Source: an uncultured virus (IMG/VR IMGVR_UViG_3300043438_001628) (lineage: Duplodnaviria > Heunggongvirae > Uroviricota > Caudoviricetes). From it: a DNA stretch of 64,000 bases. The notes below the pieces were generated by a model. That model was not told the origin of the DNA. It saw only the letters and a program-made list of their open reading frames with translations, and made no database searches. This document shows, in pieces, positions 1 through 8,699 of the stretch. Every line of letters starts with the position of its first letter. The stretch's first letter is position 1. The DNA lies in the IMG/VR virus record IMGVR_UViG_3300043438_001628; one strand, 5' to 3'. The position numbers and the translations under genes were made by a program.

Positions 1-2
1 AT

Positions 3-527
3 CATAGAATAGTTTGCGAAATTGTCTCTGAAGATTTTGAAATGATATGGGGCTATTTTGATAATTTTTCTAAATGGTCTATTAGTAAAAGAAAAAGAAG
101 AGATAATTGGAAAGAAACAACCACAGGGACTATTAATAATAAATATTTCTATGAGTTTTTAGAGTCATTGGGATTTAAAGATAAAAATCTAGGATTTGAT
201 AAAGTCTTTTTATACTTAAATCAACACCGATTAACAGATTATTTTATATGTGGACTTTTTGATGGTGATGGGCATACAGACTTTAAAAGATTAATCGAAC
301 TATCTTCTAGAATATCCCAAAATTGGGAGTCGCTAGAAAATATTTTCAAGACCAATTGCATATCATATGGAATATACACTTATGAGCATCCGACAAAAAA
401 ACATTCAGCATCGATCATAAAAATTCAAAATAAAAAAGGATTCGATTGGTTTTGTGGAAAATTTTTAAAGAACGACATTGGGCTTATGAGAAAACGTCCA
501 CTTCAGTTTAAAGTACCATGTGTCTAA
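3..527 (+). CDS. LAGLIDADG-type homing endonuclease, 5'-truncated by window edge
   Basis: Motif YFICGLFDGDGH; frame is open back to base 3; opposite strand to neighbours. Confidence 0.75.
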   Translation, partial: HRIVCEIVSEDFEMIWGYFDNFSKWSISKRKRRDNWKETTTGTINNKYFYEFLESLGFKDKNLGFDKVFLYLNQHRLTDYFICGLFDGDGHTDFKRLIELSSRISQNWESLENIFKTNCISYGIYTYEHPTKKHSASIIKIQNKKGFDWFCGKFLKNDIGLMRKRPLQFKVPCV

Positions 528-532
528 TGTAT

Positions 533-563
533 TCTAACGTTTTATTAATTTTATCAGAGTTCC
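533..563 (-). promoter_or_regulatory. Motif A (GGAACTCTGA-TAAAAT) followed directly by motif B (TAATAAAACGTTAGA)
   Basis: Minus strand reads GGAACTCTGATAAAATTAATAAAACGTTAGA; both motifs recur elsewhere in the early region. Confidence 0.7.
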
Positions 564-887
564 TTACTTTTTAATCTTGAGCTTGGAGACATCAATTCCA
601 AGCTTATCAGCAATCTCATCAAGAGTCAAGACAATTTCTTTAGCAGTCCGCTTCTTGAATTCTTCTTCGGTGTATTCCAAGCCATTCAAATACCAAGCTT
701 TAGCGCCAGATTTCCATTCAACAGCAGGTCCATCATCACGGTGAAGTTTTCCATTCAACCACCAAGCTTTAGTACCACTATCATATTCAATGGCAGGCCC
801 ATCTTCACGATGAAGAATAGTCATCGCTTTATCTTTGAAATAATACTTAGTTCCAAATTTGTTGGTTAGAATGTGTTGAGGAGTCAT
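564..887 (-). CDS. LHREDGPA-repeat protein, 2 repeats (paralog 1)
   Basis: 23-aa LHRxDGPA repeats; shares N- and C-termini with 1966-2358 and 8415-8669. Confidence 0.85.
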   Translation of the reverse strand: MTPQHILTNKFGTKYYFKDKAMTILHREDGPAIEYDSGTKAWWLNGKLHRDDGPAVEWKSGAKAWYLNGLEYTEEEFKKRTAKEIVLTLDEIADKLGIDVSKLKIKK

Positions 888-915
888 GGTTGTAGTTTAG
901 TCTAACGTTTTATTA
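888..915 (-). promoter_or_regulatory. Motif B early promoter, -10 TAAACT 6 nt before ATG
   Basis: TAATAAAACGTTAGACTAAACTACAACC-ATG; identical at 8670-8697, near-identical at 2359-2384. Confidence 0.75.
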
Positions 916-1392
916 GTAAGAAAGCACATAAGCTCTCATTTCTCGTGGCAAAGGCTCAGTTGCTCCTTTAGGCAAATCACCAATATTAGTATACTTGTAG
1001 TTAAGTTTAGACATCGCTGCATTATACTCAGCCGCCAAACTATTATAACTAGCTACAACACCAGCTACCTCTTGTTCCCAAATATTGAATTGTTCCTTGT
1101 CTGGACGATCCCAATCAATACGAGCTACACCTTCATAATCCCGCTTAATCATAACCAAGCGAGACTTGTAAACTTCAATATCAGCAAGCTTCTTATCACA
1201 CTGTGCTGCTACATTCTTAAACCATTCATACCTCTTCAGAAGTAGAGCGGGATCAACTTGCTGTTCTGCTACAGCAGAGACCTTTCCGAGATAGGAGCAT
1301 CCCTTAGAAACAATAGAGAAGAAGAGAAGTCCAATAATAAAAGCAAGGATACAAGCGATGTATTTAATAATATTCATTTTAGTTTTGTTCAA
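913..1392 (-). CDS. Membrane-anchored hypothetical phage protein
   Basis: N-terminal hydrophobic helix then coiled region; overlaps the upstream lipoprotein gene. Confidence 0.75.
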   Translation of the reverse strand: MNKTKMNIIKYIACILAFIIGLLFFSIVSKGCSYLGKVSAVAEQQVDPALLLKRYEWFKNVAAQCDKKLADIEVYKSRLVMIKRDYEGVARIDWDRPDKEQFNIWEQEVAGVVASYNSLAAEYNAAMSKLNYKYTNIGDLPKGATEPLPREMRAYVLSY

Positions 1393-1930
1393 GGTTAATG
1401 GTGATATTCTTTACAGGCATTGGTTGATCTGCTACATGGATGATTTGACCACCTGTGAAGAAGTGACTGTGGTAAATTCCCTTGCTGTCAAACCAGTAGA
1501 TATATTCACATGAAGAACCATAAGTGCCATCGTCTTGTAGGACTTCGGAGGTCTTCTTTGTATAACCACCAATATCAACGCTCATACCAGTATGCATTGA
1601 TCCAATATGCTGACCCTCAATTGCCGCTACAGTTGTAGGAGTAAGACGCTTACCAGATGATGTAACCTTGCCACGAACGGTGGAATACATAATCACCTGA
1701 CCGCTGTATGGACTGATTACATATAGATGCTTGATAGCACCAACAATATTATCTCGTTCCAAACGCTCAGCGATATTTTTTTGTTCAACAGTCCAACCAT
1801 TGGCATCAGTAGCAACTTCAACGGTTTGCTTTGTTACTGTTCCACCAGCGGAAACAGGAGCGACATTTTCTTCAAGGCACGATGTCATCAATAGAGCTGA
1901 CACTACAGTCATTAGCATTTTTGTTTTCAT
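1379..1930 (-). CDS. Putative lipoprotein
   Basis: Signal peptide with lipobox LMTSC. Confidence 0.75.
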   Translation of the reverse strand: MKTKMLMTVVSALLMTSCLEENVAPVSAGGTVTKQTVEVATDANGWTVEQKNIAERLERDNIVGAIKHLYVISPYSGQVIMYSTVRGKVTSSGKRLTPTTVAAIEGQHIGSMHTGMSVDIGGYTKKTSEVLQDDGTYGSSCEYIYWFDSKGIYHSHFFTGGQIIHVADQPMPVKNITINLEQN

Positions 1931-1949
1931 TGTATTATTTTGTTTAGTA

Positions 1950-1965
1950 ATTTTATCAGTGTTCC
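1950..1965 (-). promoter_or_regulatory. Motif A early promoter
   Basis: GGAACACTGA-TAAAAT directly after the stop of 1966-2358. Confidence 0.7.
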
Positions 1966-2358
1966 TTACTTAGCGATCTTGAGCTTGCTCACATCAATTC
2001 CAAACTTATCAGCGATTTCATCCATTGTCAAGACGATTTCTTTAGCCGTCTCCTTCTTGAATTCTTCTTCGGTGTATTCTCTACCTTCAAGCCGCCATTC
2101 TTTATCACCGTCAGCGTATTCGACGGCAGGACCATCTTCACGATGAAGCTTATCGTTGAAATACCAAGCTTTATAACCCCACTTATCTTCGACAGCAGGA
2201 CCATCTTCACGATGAAGCTCATTGTTCAAATACCAACCTTTATAACCATTTGGATATTCAACAGCAGGTCCATCTTCACGATGAAGAATCGTCATTTCTT
2301 TGTCTTTGTAGTAATACTTGCTTCCGTTTTTGTTAATTAGAATGTATTGTGGAGTCAT
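1966..2358 (-). CDS. LHREDGPA-repeat protein, 3 repeats (paralog 2)
   Basis: Three 69-nt/23-aa repeats. Confidence 0.85.
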   Translation of the reverse strand: MTPQYILINKNGSKYYYKDKEMTILHREDGPAVEYPNGYKGWYLNNELHREDGPAVEDKWGYKAWYFNDKLHREDGPAVEYADGDKEWRLEGREYTEEEFKKETAKEIVLTMDEIADKFGIDVSKLKIAK

Positions 2359-2384
2359 GGTTGTAGTTTAGTCTAACGTTTTAT
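2359..2384 (-). promoter_or_regulatory. Motif B early promoter
   Basis: ATAAAACGTTAGACTAAACTACAACC-ATG; overlaps last codons of the phosphoesterase gene. Confidence 0.75.
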
Positions 2385-3069
2385 GATTACGATGTTCGAT
2401 GATTTGAAGTTCGTCAATGATTGTAGCTACGGTTCCATTGTGTTCAACTTGAGAATATAGATGGAAGTGTCCGTGATATGATCGCTTTGGCTTGCTCAGT
2501 TTCAGGAGTGTATCATGATCTTTTCGCTCTGTCAAGCATTCATCCCAAAGAGTTGGATCTTTTTCACACCAACTGGAAATGCCTTGCTTGTCAAATGGGC
2601 CAACCCAACTTGGAGCGCTGTGAGTAATCAAAACATCACACTCTTGAATTTTAGATTCGTCAAGAACAAAGGTTTCATCACGCCAGTAAGAAGATCCCTC
2701 TCTACGATAAAGACGATCAATACTAACAGCTCCTCCGACAAACAAAAACTTTTCACCGTTTAGTTCTCGAACGGTGTAATCATCCAGCAATTCAAAGTTT
2801 GAAAATGATGCTGATGAACCCTTTTTAAAATAAGAAGGATCATCGTGGTTGCCTCGAATGCTCATGAAATGAATGTTTCGATCCTGCATAAAAGCATTCA
2901 AATCTTTACATGCTTTGATTTCACCTTCTCTAGAGTAATTAAAGCCAATTCCAAGATCACCTACACAAATCAGGTAACAGTTCTCAATACCTCTTCGAAC
3001 GATATCCGAAAGCAGAGGTCGGAATTTACCGTGAATATCCCCCACGATTAGAATTTGTTTATCGGTCAT
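2368..3069 (-). CDS. Calcineurin-like metallophosphoesterase
   Basis: GDIHG, GDLG, GNHD, THS and GHFH motifs. Confidence 0.9.
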   Translation of the reverse strand: MTDKQILIVGDIHGKFRPLLSDIVRRGIENCYLICVGDLGIGFNYSREGEIKACKDLNAFMQDRNIHFMSIRGNHDDPSYFKKGSSASFSNFELLDDYTVRELNGEKFLFVGGAVSIDRLYRREGSSYWRDETFVLDESKIQECDVLITHSAPSWVGPFDKQGISSWCEKDPTLWDECLTERKDHDTLLKLSKPKRSYHGHFHLYSQVEHNGTVATIIDELQIIEHRNHKTLD

Positions 3070-3077
3070 TTTATAAA

Positions 3078-3671
3078 TTATATTTTAGTTCCTTTAGTTT
3101 TCTGATCACACAAATACTCAGCAAAGCGAATCATGCCATGAACAGCATCGTCCCCTCCATCAATATAAAAACGAAGACTTCCAAACTTACTTTTGACTTG
3201 AGCAATCTTAACTGGATCACATGCTGGAACCGTAACCCAAGCATCATTGGGGTAGATTGTTTTGTATGTAAAACGCTGTAAAACAGATTGAATTTTCGTT
3301 CTTTTTGATTGATTTATTTTCTTTTGAATATCAGGAGGGATAACACCATTCCAGCCACCCTTTGGACGATAGGGTCGATAAGGATCAGCAACGTCCATTA
3401 GAATATGATGAATCGGCTGCCAAATCCTCTTATGAAGAAAGTATTTGAAAAGTACAAAAGGTTTTTTTGTTTTAATACTCTTAGTTCCAGCAGTGTATTC
3501 TACAATTGAGCCACAAAGTGAATCAATAATATCTTCCCATTCTTCTAGACCACCGATTCCACATTCACTTGGAAGTGTGTTTCCTTCTTCGTCTTTATTA
3601 AAAAGAGAAGGATATTTTTCCATTAGGCGTTGTTCAAACCCGGTGTAGTTATTTTCCTGTAATGTTTTCAT
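3078..3671 (-). CDS. Hypothetical phage protein
   Basis: ORF with QVKSKFGSLRFY-type motif often seen in phage hypotheticals. Confidence 0.7.
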   Translation of the reverse strand: MKTLQENNYTGFEQRLMEKYPSLFNKDEEGNTLPSECGIGGLEEWEDIIDSLCGSIVEYTAGTKSIKTKKPFVLFKYFLHKRIWQPIHHILMDVADPYRPYRPKGGWNGVIPPDIQKKINQSKRTKIQSVLQRFTYKTIYPNDAWVTVPACDPVKIAQVKSKFGSLRFYIDGGDDAVHGMIRFAEYLCDQKTKGTKI

Positions 3672-4095
3672 TTAAAATATCGTCAAGTTTTTCTTTAATT
3701 ATATCAATTTTAACTACATATTCGTTACGAAGAGTCCACCATTTACGATGCCATTTTTCACGAAGTTTCAAAGCATCATCACGCTCAATTTGAGCACGAG
3801 CAGCCATATCAACAGCGCACTTCCACTTATTCTCCCAACCTTCGATTTGTCCTTTCAAATCGTCAACGGTGTTTTGGAGGGCAATGTTCTCTTCAGCGAA
3901 AACTTCATTTGCTTTTCTAAGAACTTCAAGATCTTTAGGAAGACATGGAAGCTTACTGAATTCTACTAAGCGATCACAATAATCAGATAGATGTTCATAG
4001 TCTTTATATTCTACATATCTACCGTTCTCACACGCCACGCCAAAAATGGTGTGAGAGATTGAGTCATATTCTACTTTATATCTTTTAATTTTCAT
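3649..4095 (-). CDS. Hypothetical coiled-coil protein (start trimmed to MKIKRY)
   Basis: ATG at 4095 lies just inside the 3' end of the upstream gene. Confidence 0.65.
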   Translation of the reverse strand: MKIKRYKVEYDSISHTIFGVACENGRYVEYKDYEHLSDYCDRLVEFSKLPCLPKDLEVLRKANEVFAEENIALQNTVDDLKGQIEGWENKWKCAVDMAARAQIERDDALKLREKWHRKWWTLRNEYVVKIDIIKEKLDDILNENITGK

Positions 4096-4771
4096 ACTCG
4101 CTTTCAATTTTATTGAGTTCGTTTTCCAACTGCTTTTTAATAAAAAGATGGGAATAGAGAGGTCCGTGACCATCTCCACCAAGAGTGTTGTGAGACACTA
4201 CTTCATTCTTTCCATTGAACCACGGTAGTCCTGAATCTCCCGGTATCATGATTATATCAGAGTTCTTTAAAGAAGCAATAGCAGCACCTTCACGAGTTAC
4301 AAGCCTACCCATGGAAATTAGAAATTCCTGATTTTGAACAGCGATCCATTCTTTTTCAATTGTCTCTGATGCAAGACCATACGCTCTTAAATTAGCGGGT
4401 GCTGGTCGATCCAATACCCCAATTGTAATGTCTCCAGCAAATAGATCATCAGGTTGCATTGGAGTTGGTTTACGATCTTTGATGACTTGGAAAATTGGAT
4501 ATCGTACATCCACAAGTTTAAAATTATGACGAACACCAGACATATCAACCATTGTTATTGGTGATCCAATCACAGGACCAGTGTGTGCTGAAACAACAAC
4601 AATACGACGAGATGGAGAGTTATACAACCATCCTTTTACTTCTCTTTCAGTACAAACACCAGATGTGTCCAAACGATGGAAATCAAGATGATTTGATCCG
4701 TATAGTAGTTTGTCAGACACTACACATGATAGCGTTAGTGCTGAGATGATTAGAATTAGTAGATGTTTCAT
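4085..4771 (-). CDS. Lipoprotein trypsin-like serine protease
   Basis: Lipobox LTLSC; triad motifs VSAH, GDI and GDSG in the correct order. Confidence 0.7.
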   Translation of the reverse strand: MKHLLILIISALTLSCVVSDKLLYGSNHLDFHRLDTSGVCTEREVKGWLYNSPSRRIVVVSAHTGPVIGSPITMVDMSGVRHNFKLVDVRYPIFQVIKDRKPTPMQPDDLFAGDITIGVLDRPAPANLRAYGLASETIEKEWIAVQNQEFLISMGRLVTREGAAIASLKNSDIIMIPGDSGLPWFNGKNEVVSHNTLGGDGHGPLYSHLFIKKQLENELNKIESEYEN

Positions 4772-5061
4772 TATTCAAAAATCCAAGTTTGAGTGTATAC
4801 ACTGTCTCCACATTGATCACATGGTTCGCTGCTGCTTTCCCAACTATCAGGTTGAAAACAACGAATGAGATCGTTCAGATGAACGGTGGATTCCTTCAAG
4901 CTCTTTTTAAATTCTTCACAAAGATAATCAACAATTTCATCAATCTCTTCATCAGGAAATCGAGTTGGTTCGTATTCTCCTCCGACAATCTTATCGTTGA
5001 TTTCTGTAAAGAAAGCCGTGCAGCCTTCGCTGATTGTGATAGTATATTTTGGTTTATTCAT
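4771..5061 (-). CDS. Hypothetical protein with C-terminal CxxC
   Basis: Tightly packed ORF. Confidence 0.65.
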   Translation of the reverse strand: MNKPKYTITISEGCTAFFTEINDKIVGGEYEPTRFPDEEIDEIVDYLCEEFKKSLKESTVHLNDLIRCFQPDSWESSSEPCDQCGDSVYTQTWIFE

Positions 5062-5062
5062 T

Positions 5063-5314
5063 TTAGTCCATCGGGATTAGTAATACAGCAGGTTCACCAT
5101 CAGGCACCAAGTCTTTGTCCGTGTATCCTAGCTCAATTTGGCGATCTGTCAAGCTCAGAAGTCCGATTTTTCCTGTTTTCTGATCGTAGGCACACTTGCC
5201 CCAAATACAACCGAGAGGAGAATGATCATCTTCTTTTTTAAAATATCGTCTACAAACAACAAGTGATTCTGGATCTTCTTTTTGAAGAAGTTCAATTAGA
5301 TTTTTTACTTTCAT
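5063..5314 (-). CDS. Hypothetical protein, tandem paralog of 5318-5572
   Basis: Identical N-terminus MKVKNLIELLQKEDPE. Confidence 0.75.
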   Translation of the reverse strand: MKVKNLIELLQKEDPESLVVCRRYFKKEDDHSPLGCIWGKCAYDQKTGKIGLLSLTDRQIELGYTDKDLVPDGEPAVLLIPMD

Positions 5315-5317
5315 GCC

Positions 5318-5572
5318 TTAGTTTATGGGTACCAGAAACAATGCCTTAACACCGTCTTCGATAACATCTTCTTCGCTGAATCCTAGTTTCCTGTCCTCTT
5401 CCGTTAATTCTTCAAGGCCAGCATAACCATACCATGTAGTTTCAGCTTTATATGATCCACTCCACATATCTGATAATGGTGAATATGAATTTCCTTCTGG
5501 ATCTTTTTGACAAACAATAAGTCGCTCTGGATCTTCTTTTTGAAGAAGTTCAATTAGATTCTTTACTTTCAT
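5318..5572 (-). CDS. Hypothetical protein, tandem paralog of 5063-5314
   Basis: Identical N-terminus, similar C-terminus. Confidence 0.75.
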   Translation of the reverse strand: MKVKNLIELLQKEDPERLIVCQKDPEGNSYSPLSDMWSGSYKAETTWYGYAGLEELTEEDRKLGFSEEDVIEDGVKALFLVPIN

Positions 5573-6113
5573 TTTCGTTGAATCGTTGAGTTAGAAACTT
5601 TTTAACATCTGATTCAAAAAGATCATCTGGATAATCCACACCGTAGTAGTCTCTCACATGTAGGTAGTTAGTATGATAATTATTTGGAATACCAATAAAG
5701 GACACCTTTCTCCAATTCTCTCTTGGAGGAAGATTATCAATCAACACATTATTCTTATGAGCATAGATGTGTGGATCAGTACTTTCATTAGATCCACCAT
5801 AGATTCCTGCCAGTTTAGTTGTGTGATATTCTAGATCTTCACGGGTGAAGATGTCTTCATTTTTAAATCCCCAACCTGCTTGACGATTTACTTCTTGAGC
5901 ATAGTCTCTAGTAGCTGTTGTAAGAATATGAACATTGTCTGCTCCGACCAGTTCACGAGAGAATTCAATCAAACGGTGACTACAAGGGCGGATGATAGTA
6001 TAGTACATTGAGAGATCATCTTCAAGAGCGAATGAAATGTGTTTTTGATCAGGCTCATGAAGACTTGTATGAATCAGAGTTTCGTCGATGTCCCAAAAAA
6101 TTTTATTTATCAT
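5550..6113 (-). CDS. HAD-superfamily (NIF/FCP1-like) phosphatase (start trimmed to MINKIF)
   Basis: WDIDETL DxD motif, RP, LTTAT and LIDN motifs. Confidence 0.75.
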   Translation of the reverse strand: MINKIFWDIDETLIHTSLHEPDQKHISFALEDDLSMYYTIIRPCSHRLIEFSRELVGADNVHILTTATRDYAQEVNRQAGWGFKNEDIFTREDLEYHTTKLAGIYGGSNESTDPHIYAHKNNVLIDNLPPRENWRKVSFIGIPNNYHTNYLHVRDYYGVDYPDDLFESDVKKFLTQRFNENESKESN

Positions 6114-6528
6114 GATCGTACACTGGTTTAAGAACCTTGGCAATTTCAATTTGACCCCAGCGGTTGGCACTGTGAATATAAACTGAAACTTTTGGATGTC
6201 CAGCTTCTTTCCACTTTTCTACAAAGTATTCAGCACAATGCTTTCCTGTTTTGTGCTTTAGTTTTTCGTATTCAATCACACCAGTTTGTGATGTGACATC
6301 GTGATAATGTCTGATGTGCTCGAAGTGTAAATCATGATCGAAACTAACAACAGATGGTACTCCAAACTTGTCAATCCACTCACAGAAATCTTCATAATTT
6401 CTCACGACATCCCAAGAGCTATTAGCAGTATTACTAGCATCTAGTAGATAGCGACCATCGTTATAAAGAAAACCATCTTTTGGTTTTCGGATGTCGTCAA
6501 GGAATAGTTTAAAATCGTTAGTTTTCAT
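6103..6528 (-). CDS. Cyclic-phosphate processing receiver-domain protein
   Basis: LFLDDIR, SFDHDL, TG and HSAN motifs. Confidence 0.75.
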   Translation of the reverse strand: MKTNDFKLFLDDIRKPKDGFLYNDGRYLLDASNTANSSWDVVRNYEDFCEWIDKFGVPSVVSFDHDLHFEHIRHYHDVTSQTGVIEYEKLKHKTGKHCAEYFVEKWKEAGHPKVSVYIHSANRWGQIEIAKVLKPVYDHDK

Positions 6529-6787
6529 GATTTGTAGGAAACGGAAGCATCACAGTCGATTGATTAAAACGGTTAAAAAAATCTGATCGTGAAATTGGAG
6601 TATCCATGGTTACATCATCATATCTCCAACCATCAGGATCAATGATTGTGTTTTCATTATATCCGAGTTCCTTCAACCAATCCCAAGCGCTTTGCTTTTT
6701 GAAAATATTATCCCAATTAGCTCTACCCTTTTCGGATAGAGCTTTTGATTTAATGTCATCACCAGTAATGTCGTTTTTAGCTGCCAT
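6518..6787 (-). CDS. Hypothetical phage protein
   Basis: KNDITGD...NWDNIF N-terminus common in phage hypotheticals. Confidence 0.7.
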   Translation of the reverse strand: MAAKNDITGDDIKSKALSEKGRANWDNIFKKQSAWDWLKELGYNENTIIDPDGWRYDDVTMDTPISRSDFFNRFNQSTVMLPFPTNHEN

Positions 6788-6795
6788 GTTATAAT

Positions 6796-7557
6796 TTATG
6801 CTCTGCTTTCTAGGATTATATCAGATGCCAGTTCAATGTCAAACTTAAATTTGATTTTGGATTTGTTGATAGCAATTTCAAGCTGTTCATAACGAGTCAT
6901 TACAACTTCAGTCAATTCTTCACAGGTGTACTTTTGTGGATTAGTTTTGACATCCATCAAATAATCATGTAATTTCCGATCATTGTTTACATTCACCATA
7001 TAAACTCCAGTGTCAAAGAAACGAATGCCAACTGAACACAGTCTAAAAATCTGAACGAAGTTTTTGGGACTGTATCCATATTTCAACACAGACTCCTTTC
7101 GTTTGCTTCCTAGCTGTCCAGATCTTTCTCCAGTGGCAAGTCTCATTTCACTGAAAACATAGCCCTTTAAACTAGCTTTCAATTTCTCACTGTCGATGAA
7201 ACTTTCACGATGTCCACGAATCTTATCAAACAGATCACTCTTATAAATAAAGCTTTCTTCAGGAGCGAACAGCATCTCCATCACCTGAGTATTGGTCTTA
7301 CGAAGCAGTTTCATGTAATGACCAATCTCATAAAAGGTAGCATCGATTTCATGTTCTTTATCAGGACACAGTACAACACTGTCCATGGTTTCGAAACCAG
7401 CAATGTACTTTTTATTCTGAGCGGTATAAATACCACGATAATCAACATCGCTTTCTGGAGTATTAAGACCGTACAGAGTGGAACCACCAATCATGTATGC
7501 TTCAAATTTTCCAGAGCAAGGCTTGAGATAAGTTTTTTCTATTTCTTTCAGGTCCAT
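6796..7557 (-). CDS. Pol-beta-superfamily nucleotidyltransferase (YcgL/RlaP-like)
   Basis: GGSTLYGLNTPESDVDYRG motif. Confidence 0.8.
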   Translation of the reverse strand: MDLKEIEKTYLKPCSGKFEAYMIGGSTLYGLNTPESDVDYRGIYTAQNKKYIAGFETMDSVVLCPDKEHEIDATFYEIGHYMKLLRKTNTQVMEMLFAPEESFIYKSDLFDKIRGHRESFIDSEKLKASLKGYVFSEMRLATGERSGQLGSKRKESVLKYGYSPKNFVQIFRLCSVGIRFFDTGVYMVNVNNDRKLHDYLMDVKTNPQKYTCEELTEVVMTRYEQLEIAINKSKIKFKFDIELASDIILESRA

Positions 7558-8003
7558 AGGTAGGGAGAATATTTAGCAATAGTAGTCATGGCCCACACAT
7601 CCTTATCATTTATTACAGATTCTTTGGTAAACCAATCTCCAAGATCGTCACCATTCAAAGCTTCACCAGCTACTTTTTCAAGAATAGATCTTTCGTGTTT
7701 AATGTAATTATAAACCTCTTGAAGTTCTGTGTTTGTAGTCACGACACTATCATAATATTCTTGACTGATATAACCAGCTTTGAGATCCTCGTCATATACA
7801 GTATGATCTTGGATGCCATTCTCTTCTTCAACATAATGAACCAAAGAAGCAAACAAGATGTCTTTGATTAGCTCAGGTTTATCCTGCCATGTGTTTTTAA
7901 TGTGTTTAGTCAACCACTTTTGACGAGGATTAAACCAAGCACAAAGTGAATACCAAACATCGTATTTCCAGAAAAATGGACTGAAGAGTCGTTTAAATTT
8001 CAT
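7548..8003 (-). CDS. Hypothetical protein
   Basis: ATGA overlap with upstream gene. Confidence 0.7.
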   Translation of the reverse strand: MKFKRLFSPFFWKYDVWYSLCAWFNPRQKWLTKHIKNTWQDKPELIKDILFASLVHYVEEENGIQDHTVYDEDLKAGYISQEYYDSVVTTNTELQEVYNYIKHERSILEKVAGEALNGDDLGDWFTKESVINDKDVWAMTTIAKYSPYLWT

Positions 8004-8392
8004 TGTTCTTTAACTAGTTGTGATGCTTGTTCGAGAATGTAAACTTTTGGAGCAATAGCGATTTGGATCATGTCCATGATGTGTTGAATTGGAAACATAC
8101 CAATTGTAACAGCAGCCAAAATAACAGTTAAACCAATAGGCACAAGACGAGACACCCCATCCGTATAATCAGCTTGTTCACAGCTCCAATTCCAAAGCTT
8201 TTTAATATGGAAAACGTAGAGTATCAATGCTGAAATCACAGGAATCAAACGGCAGCCTGTATACACCGCTGCTTCCCAAAACTTCCATGTTAGATATTCT
8301 TGAATGAATGGTGGGATATGCTCAACAGCAAAATCCGAGATTTTACTGGCTGCTTGCTCAATCCATTGAATTACTTTTTCGTTATTAGTCAT
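8000..8392 (-). CDS. Hypothetical membrane protein (2 TM)
   Basis: Two hydrophobic helices; follows motif A. Confidence 0.7.
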   Translation of the reverse strand: MTNNEKVIQWIEQAASKISDFAVEHIPPFIQEYLTWKFWEAAVYTGCRLIPVISALILYVFHIKKLWNWSCEQADYTDGVSRLVPIGLTVILAAVTIGMFPIQHIMDMIQIAIAPKVYILEQASQLVKEQ

Positions 8393-8397
8393 GTGTT

Positions 8398-8413
8398 ATT
8401 ATATTAGAGTTCC
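8398..8413 (-). promoter_or_regulatory. Motif A early promoter with perfect TATAAT
   Basis: GGAACTCTAA-TATAAT-AACAC-ATG. Confidence 0.75.
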
Positions 8414-8414
8414 T

Positions 8415-8669
8415 TTACTTCTTGATCTTGAGCTTAGAGACATCAACGCCAAGACGCTCAGCAATCTCATCCATGGTGAGAACAGTTTCCTTAGCAGTTC
8501 GCTTCTTGAATTCTTCTTCAGTGTATTCTACACCATTCAAATACCATTCATTATAACCATCAACATATTCATAAGCAGGACCATCTTCACGATGGCGAAT
8601 AGTCATCGCTTTGTCTTTATAGTAATGCTTAATTCCGTCTTCGTCGATTTTAATGTATTGTGGAGTCAT
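8415..8669 (-). CDS. LHREDGPA-repeat protein, 1 repeat (paralog 3)
   Basis: Same termini as paralogs 1 and 2. Confidence 0.85.
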   Translation of the reverse strand: MTPQYIKIDEDGIKHYYKDKAMTIRHREDGPAYEYVDGYNEWYLNGVEYTEEEFKKRTAKETVLTMDEIAERLGVDVSKLKIKK

Positions 8670-8697
8670 GGTTGTAGTTTAGTCTAACGTTTTATTA
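8670..8697 (-). promoter_or_regulatory. Motif B early promoter
   Basis: Identical to 888-915. Confidence 0.75.
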
Positions 8698-8699
8698 AT

